Shown here: piece after piece, positions 58,924 through 64,000 of the stretch
Position numbering within the stretch: the first letter of the stretch is position 1
Layout: each line of letters starts with the position of its first letter
NCBI GenBank assembly: GCA_964399055.1
Contig: CAYNPJ010000001.1
Coordinates: forward strand, 582,935 to 646,934
Direction: 5' to 3'
Source of the DNA: an uncultured Ignavibacteria bacterium
GTDB lineage: Bacteria > Zixibacteria > MSB-5A5 > DSPP01 > RBG-1
Length of the DNA stretch: 64,000 nucleotides
The notes under the pieces: model-generated
The model's input: the letters and a program-made list of their open reading frames with translations, nothing else
Database searches by the model: none
What the model was told of the DNA's origin: nothing
Translations under genes and position numbers: made by a program

Positions 58924-59398
58924 GGTTAAATTACTCATCTTAGATGTGGATGGTGTGCTGACTGACAATGGAGTGTATGTTGGCTCAGATGGGAATGAGT
59001 TTAAGAAATTCAATATTCAGGATGGATTTGGAATATATTTGGTGCAGAAAGCCGGAGTGCAGGTAGCTCTTTTATCCGGAAGATATTCTAAGGCGACTGA
59101 GTTTAGGGCGCAAGAGTTGAAGATTGAGCACGTTTACAACGGGTACACAGACAAGTTAAAAATATATCAGGAGCTGAAAGAGAAATTGTCACTTCAGGAT
59201 GAAGAGATTGCTTTTGTGGGAGACGACTTACCGGACATTCCAGTGTTGGAAAATGTCGGTGTGCCGATGACGGTAGCCAACGCTCAGCCAGAGGTGAAAA
59301 AAGTTGCCGAATACCTTACCAAGACTCCGGGCGGTCAGGGGGCGGTCAGAGAAATTATCAACTTGATTTTGAAGGCGAAAAAATTCAAATATGAATAA
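58892..59398 (+). CDS. kdsC: KDO 8-phosphate phosphatase (HAD-IIIA)
   Basis: GTG start overlapping kdsA. HAD motif I LLILDVDGVLTD, motif IV GDDLPD. Confidence 0.75.
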   Translation: MKESLQKKLSKVKLLILDVDGVLTDNGVYVGSDGNEFKKFNIQDGFGIYLVQKAGVQVALLSGRYSKATEFRAQELKIEHVYNGYTDKLKIYQELKEKLSLQDEEIAFVGDDLPDIPVLENVGVPMTVANAQPEVKKVAEYLTKTPGGQGAVREIINLILKAKKFKYE

Positions 59399-59401
59399 AA
59401 T

Positions 59402-60358
59402 ATGAAGGAAAAAGCTAAACAGGTCATCCGCAAGCAGGCGCAAGCCATCTTAGACTTAGAGAATCGCATCAATGAGCAGTTCACGAAGGCCGTTGAAATC
59501 ATACTCAACTGCAAAGGGCGGGTCATTGTCACCGGCATGGGAAAATCCGGCATCATCGCCAGAAAGATTGCCGCAACTTTAGCTTCCACCGGAACAGCGG
59601 CTCTGTATCTACATCCGGCAGAAGGGGTGCATGGAGATTTGGGGATCGTCCGCAGAGAAGATGTCGTGATAGTAGTCACCAAATCCGGAGATACAGACGA
59701 AGTCTATCAGCTCTTTCCTTTATTCAAGAGATTCGGGATTCCCATCATCTCCCTTCTCGGCAATGTCAACTCGCCGGTGGCCGAAAAGTCGGACGTGGTG
59801 ATTGACGTCTCTGTTTCCGAAGAGGCAGGCGGGGATAATCTCATACCAACTTCATCGACTACTGCGGCATTAGTGATGGGAGATGCCTTGGCCTTAGCGC
59901 TTTTAGAAGAAAGACACTTTTCACCGGAGGATTTTGCATTATTACATCCGGGCGGGACGATTGGCAGACAGTTATTACTCCGGGTGGAGGATGTGATGCA
60001 CACCGGGGAGGAGGTGCCGATTGTCAAAGAGTCCGATTCAATGAAGGAAGTGATATTGGAGATGACCTCCAAGAGGTTCGGGGCCACTTCAATAGTGAAC
60101 CAGCAGGGGCAATTGACCGGAATCTTCACGGACGGGGACCTGCGGCGCCTGGTGGAAAAGAGTTCGGATATATTTTCGCTTTCGGCTAAGGATGTGGTTC
60201 AACTGAACCCGAAGATTATTTCCAAGGAAGCTCTGGCGGCGAGGGCTTTGAATCTGATGGAGTTTTTTAATATAACTTGTTTGCTGATAATAGATAAGGA
60301 GAGGAAGCCGGTGGGGATTGTGCATCTGCATGATTTGTTGAAGGCGGGGGTGGTGTAG
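59402..60358 (+). CDS. kdsD: arabinose-5-phosphate isomerase
   Basis: SIS domain (GRVIVTGMGKSG) followed by tandem CBS domains. Confidence 0.85.
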   Translation: MKEKAKQVIRKQAQAILDLENRINEQFTKAVEIILNCKGRVIVTGMGKSGIIARKIAATLASTGTAALYLHPAEGVHGDLGIVRREDVVIVVTKSGDTDEVYQLFPLFKRFGIPIISLLGNVNSPVAEKSDVVIDVSVSEEAGGDNLIPTSSTTAALVMGDALALALLEERHFSPEDFALLHPGGTIGRQLLLRVEDVMHTGEEVPIVKESDSMKEVILEMTSKRFGATSIVNQQGQLTGIFTDGDLRRLVEKSSDIFSLSAKDVVQLNPKIISKEALAARALNLMEFFNITCLLIIDKERKPVGIVHLHDLLKAGVV

Positions 60359-60471
60359 ATTTAAGATAAGTCCAGAGCATTCAGTATATAACCGTCTAGA
60401 TGTGTCTTGACAAAGGGAGTGTGCTATAGTAGAATTAGTACTAATTCACTCTACAAGTAACGGAGGTAGCC

Positions 60472-63231
60472 ATGAGGCTCGAAAACTTGCAGTTAACTGG
60501 AATCTCAATCCTCATACTTATGATAATTATTACCACACCCGTACGTGCTGGATTCGAACCACGCGTAGATTATCCCACAGGCATAGCTCCCCAATCAGTA
60601 GTTGCAGAAGACCTAGATGGGGATGGACTGAAGGACATTGCAATTGGACAGAATGAGTTATTTATTACGGTGCTAAAGAACAACGGAAATGCGAATTTCG
60701 GTACCAGGGTCGATTATCCCGTCTCAGGAGACGCTCCTCGTGAAATTGTTGCTGGCGATCTTGACCAGGACGGCAATACAGATTTAGCGGTAACACAAAC
60801 GTATGATAATGCGATTTCCATAATGTGGAACAATGGTGACGGTTCCTTTTCTCAAATTACCTATAATACGGGAGCATATCCGACCGGCATTGTTCTTGTA
60901 GATTTGGACAGCGACGGCCTTTTGGATGTTGTGACATCCAATGTAAATGGCCACTCGATATCAATCCATGTAAATGCCGGAAACAGGGCTCTCTACCAAC
61001 ATATAGACTACAAAGTAGGCATCAACCCACGATCGCCGTTCGCCTCTGATCTGGATAATGACGGGGATCAAGACCTTGTTGTGGCCGACCCTACGTCTGA
61101 TAGTATCTTCGTACTACTAAACGATGGCAGTGGCAGTTTGGGCTTACCAGTTGGTTATGAGTCTGGTGATAAACCTGCTGATGTCGTAGCTTCTGATTTT
61201 GATGGTGATGGAGATTTTGATTTAGTGGTCCCAAATAATGGTACAAATCCTAATTTTGGAACATCAGTATCAGTATTCAAAAATAGAGGGGACGGGACAT
61301 TTGAAGGAAGAATAACTTTCCAAACGGGTATTGCTCCTCGCAGCGTCGTTGCAGTGGATTTTGACGGAGACGGGGATCAAGATCTAGGAATAGCCTGCGG
61401 AGTGGGAGGAATTTTGTCTATTCTTTACAATGATGGGGTCGGTGTATTTGCTGAAAGAATCGATTATGTTACCGGTCAAGGACCTTGGTCAGTTTTTGCT
61501 GCAGATCTCGATGGAGATGGCGATCAAGATATAATAGTACCAAATCAGAACGCAGCATCAGTGTCAGTATTCCTAAATCATGGCCACGGGGGCTTTAGTG
61601 AAAAACAAGACTACCGAACGGGTTTGGAACCGTTGTCCGTTGCTCCTGCAGATCTAAATGGAGATGGGTTTAAGGATTTAGCAGTTGCAAACTATAACTC
61701 AGCCGGTACTGGATCTATCTCAATATTTATGAATCGAGGTAATGGAACATTTCTGCCAAAAGTTGACTACTTAGTTTATAGTCCTGTTTCCATAATTGCG
61801 ACAGACATAGATGGTGATGCAGATTTCGATGTAGTAGTAGCTAATGACTTCAGTTCTACCTTATCCATACTAAAGAATAATGGCGAGGGAACTTTCGCAA
61901 CTCCAGTTGAATATAGTACAGGATCGTGGCCGAGTTCAGTCTCCGCTTCAGACATAGACAATGACAATGATCAGGACCTAGTTGTTACAAACGCGGGGGG
62001 CAACACCGTTTCTGTTCTCAAGAACTACGGCAATGGGACTTTTGCTCCGAAAGTCGACTATGAAACAGGCTTAAGACCTAGCTCAGTATTTGTCTCAGAC
62101 ATGAATAGTGATGGTGATGAGGACCTAATTGTAGCGAATCCAGGGACCGCAGAATCGTCAGGAGATAAGGTTTCCATATTAGAGAATAACGGAAATGGCA
62201 CGTTTGCTCCGAAAGTCGACTACAGTGCTGGCCCATATCCCTTCTCGTTGTATGTTGCAGACCTCAATGGAGATGGTGCCAAAGACATCCTGGTGACAAA
62301 CGTTTTGCAGAACTCTATTTCTATATTAAAGAACAACAAGAACGGGACTTTCACATGGTCAGCTGTAGGGACTGGTCATTACCCCTACTCCGTATTTGCT
62401 TCTGACGTGGATGGAGACCAGGACCTGGACCTGATGACAGCCAATTTTTATGGCAATACATTCACACTCTTAAAGCAAACGTCAACCCTCTCTTTCGACG
62501 AGAGGCGGTACTATGTCACTGGTATCACACCCAAGTCAATTGTGGCATCTGATATTGATAATGATGGCGATCCGGATTTGATCGTAGCAAACAGCCGGAG
62601 TAATACAGTTTCCGTGTTTAGAAACCTATCTAACAACTTTCGCTGGATTACAATTCAAGCATACTCCCCTGTTGACCTTATAGTTACTAACCCCAATGGC
62701 GATAGTATAGGACCGTCCTTTAGCAGTATTGAAAATGCTACATACAATATTTCTAATGACAGTATTTACATACCTAATGCTGTAATCGGGCCATACAAGA
62801 CCAGAATTGTAAGGGACACACTAGACCAATCTGGTCAGACAATCTATTCTCTGGGAGTTCAGATTGGAGTAAATCCTGAGAATATGATTATCTCCGATGC
62901 TTCGGTTCCTGGCGTGGGCCAGAGCAATGAATTTGTAACTGGATACAATCCTGCCTCTCCGGAGTGTTTATCTACACCTGGGGACGCAAATGCTGATGGC
63001 TCTCTTACTCTTGCGGACATAATTTCGACTGTTAACTACATCTTTGGTAAAAGCGGGTGCATCCCTGTTTCCATTTGTTGGCTCAAGGGTATCTCGTGTC
63101 GAGGGGACTGGGACGGCTCCAGCACAGTTACGCTTTCAGACGTCATCCGCGGCGTCAACTACATCTTCAACAAGCCCGGCGGCCCCTGGGCTCCTTTACC
63201 CTCTGGCGCCTGTTGTCTCCCTGTCCCCTGA
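60472..63231 (+). CDS. secreted FG-GAP/VCBS-repeat beta-propeller protein with dockerin-like Cys-rich C-terminal domain
   Basis: Signal peptide. More than 12 FG-GAP-like DxDxDGxxD repeats (DLDGDGLKDIAIG, DFDGDGDFDLVV, ...). C-terminus homologous to the other two CC-tail domains, ending in CCLPVP. Confidence 0.6.
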   Translation: MRLENLQLTGISILILMIIITTPVRAGFEPRVDYPTGIAPQSVVAEDLDGDGLKDIAIGQNELFITVLKNNGNANFGTRVDYPVSGDAPREIVAGDLDQDGNTDLAVTQTYDNAISIMWNNGDGSFSQITYNTGAYPTGIVLVDLDSDGLLDVVTSNVNGHSISIHVNAGNRALYQHIDYKVGINPRSPFASDLDNDGDQDLVVADPTSDSIFVLLNDGSGSLGLPVGYESGDKPADVVASDFDGDGDFDLVVPNNGTNPNFGTSVSVFKNRGDGTFEGRITFQTGIAPRSVVAVDFDGDGDQDLGIACGVGGILSILYNDGVGVFAERIDYVTGQGPWSVFAADLDGDGDQDIIVPNQNAASVSVFLNHGHGGFSEKQDYRTGLEPLSVAPADLNGDGFKDLAVANYNSAGTGSISIFMNRGNGTFLPKVDYLVYSPVSIIATDIDGDADFDVVVANDFSSTLSILKNNGEGTFATPVEYSTGSWPSSVSASDIDNDNDQDLVVTNAGGNTVSVLKNYGNGTFAPKVDYETGLRPSSVFVSDMNSDGDEDLIVANPGTAESSGDKVSILENNGNGTFAPKVDYSAGPYPFSLYVADLNGDGAKDILVTNVLQNSISILKNNKNGTFTWSAVGTGHYPYSVFASDVDGDQDLDLMTANFYGNTFTLLKQTSTLSFDERRYYVTGITPKSIVASDIDNDGDPDLIVANSRSNTVSVFRNLSNNFRWITIQAYSPVDLIVTNPNGDSIGPSFSSIENATYNISNDSIYIPNAVIGPYKTRIVRDTLDQSGQTIYSLGVQIGVNPENMIISDASVPGVGQSNEFVTGYNPASPECLSTPGDANADGSLTLADIISTVNYIFGKSGCIPVSICWLKGISCRGDWDGSSTVTLSDVIRGVNYIFNKPGGPWAPLPSGACCLPVP

Positions 63232-63244
63232 GTTTATAATCATG

Positions 63245-63440
63245 CCACCCTCTCCTAAGAGGAGAGGGCTAGGGTGAGGTTTAATTAAACCCCACCTTAA
63301 TCCTCCCTTCAGGGTGAACCTTCAGGATGAACCCCTCTTAGGGGAGGAAAATGAAACTGACCCCTCCCTATCCCTCCCCTTAAAGGAGAGGGGATTTGAC
63401 TCTCTCCCCTTTTAGGGGAGAGGTGGAGAGGGGTAAGTAA
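63245..63440. repeat. cluster of GGGGAGAGG-type palindromic (REP-like) units
   Basis: At least four imperfect palindromes: CCCTCTCCTAAGAGGAGAGGG, CCCCTCTTAGGGGAGG, CTCCCCTTAAAGGAGAGGGG, CTCTCCCCTTTTAGGGGAGAG. The same family occurs at 29830, 35704, 35735 and 53968. Confidence 0.45.
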
Positions 63441-63549
63441 GAAATTTTTTTATAAGTTCCGTCAGGAGCTACTCCTGACGCAACCACAGATGTCCATCAC
63501 ATCAAAGCCCAAGTTGACTCCTAACTCCCCTGAGTATTAAATTCAGGGG

Positions 63550-64000
63550 GTGAGCCTTAAAAGAATCCGCAAGTCCCTCAAAAACAGTTTCATCTTCTAT
63601 TTCCTCTGGTCTGTCATCTTTTTTCTGCTCCTTCTCCCCCGCAAAGTCTCTTTAGCGCTCGGTGGCTGGTTAGCTTGCTTAGCCTATCTGTTACTCCCCA
63701 AAGAACGAAAAATCACCCATCAAAATCTCAAAACTTTTTATTCCCCTCAAAACTTATCTCAACTTCGCTCTCTCTCCCGTTCAGTCTTCATCAACATAGG
63801 CAAATCAGCCGCGGATGCGGTCCGCCTCCCCAAGTGGAAGGATAAAGATTTCAGAGAGTTAGTCTGGGTGGAGGGCTTGACCAGATTTGAATCTGCCTAC
63901 AAAAGGAGGAAAGGTTTAATCGCGGTCACCGGGCACATCAGCAATTTTGAACTGATTCCGGCTTATTTTTCCTGGCTGGGTTTCAAAACTGCGGTGATTG
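63550..64000 (+). CDS. lipid A biosynthesis acyltransferase (LpxL/HtrB family), 3' end outside window
   Basis: GTG start. N-terminal membrane anchor and LPLAT H(X)4D motif region AVTGHISNFEL. Frame is open to the window edge. Confidence 0.55.
   Translation, partial: MSLKRIRKSLKNSFIFYFLWSVIFFLLLLPRKVSLALGGWLACLAYLLLPKERKITHQNLKTFYSPQNLSQLRSLSRSVFINIGKSAADAVRLPKWKDKDFRELVWVEGLTRFESAYKRRKGLIAVTGHISNFELIPAYFSWLGFKTAVI

Noticed and set aside
63245-63440. Possible CRISPR array (periodic palindromic units)
   Set aside because: The units are themselves palindromic and differ in sequence and spacing. No conserved direct repeat with unique spacers, and no cas genes in the window. Better explained as REP-like palindromes

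Overview
This is a 64 kb chromosomal window from a Gram-negative bacterium, probably from the FCB superphylum or a related candidate phylum, as inferred from T9SS-type C-terminal sorting domains, KDO and lipid A genes and sigma-54 regulation. It mixes conserved housekeeping operons with several low-GC accessory patches. The housekeeping genes are an amino-acid ABC transporter, hbd/crotonase, a 2-oxoacid dehydrogenase E1ab-E2-E3-lipB operon, mutM, pcrA, gatC and a kdsB-pyrG-phzF-kdsA-kdsC-kdsD KDO cluster ending in a partial lpxL-like gene. Several things stand out. (1) Three copies of a REP-associated tyrosine transposase (RAYT, IS200/IS605-like HuH transposase) are each flanked by conserved terminal hairpins. 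Two 100% identical copies bracket an orphan RHS C-terminal toxin with a lysozyme/SLT-like tip and a secreted candidate immunity gene. (2) An AT-rich, tightly coupled three-gene operon (71 aa, 232 aa, and a roughly 627 aa GHKL/Bergerat-fold ATPase) sits immediately beside tandem direct repeats of the 3' end of a tRNA-Asn gene. This looks like a tRNA-targeted island array and a candidate uncharacterised, possibly defence, system. (3) Three beta-propeller surface proteins (SBBP and FG-GAP repeats) share an undescribed dockerin-like, Cys-rich C-terminal domain ending in a CC motif. (4) An M1 metallopeptidase is fused to an Omp85-like beta-barrel. (5) Several small palindromic/MITE-like repeat families occur; one is nested inside the RAYT hairpin loop and one is inserted into a tRNA fragment. 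No CRISPR array or rRNA gene was seen.
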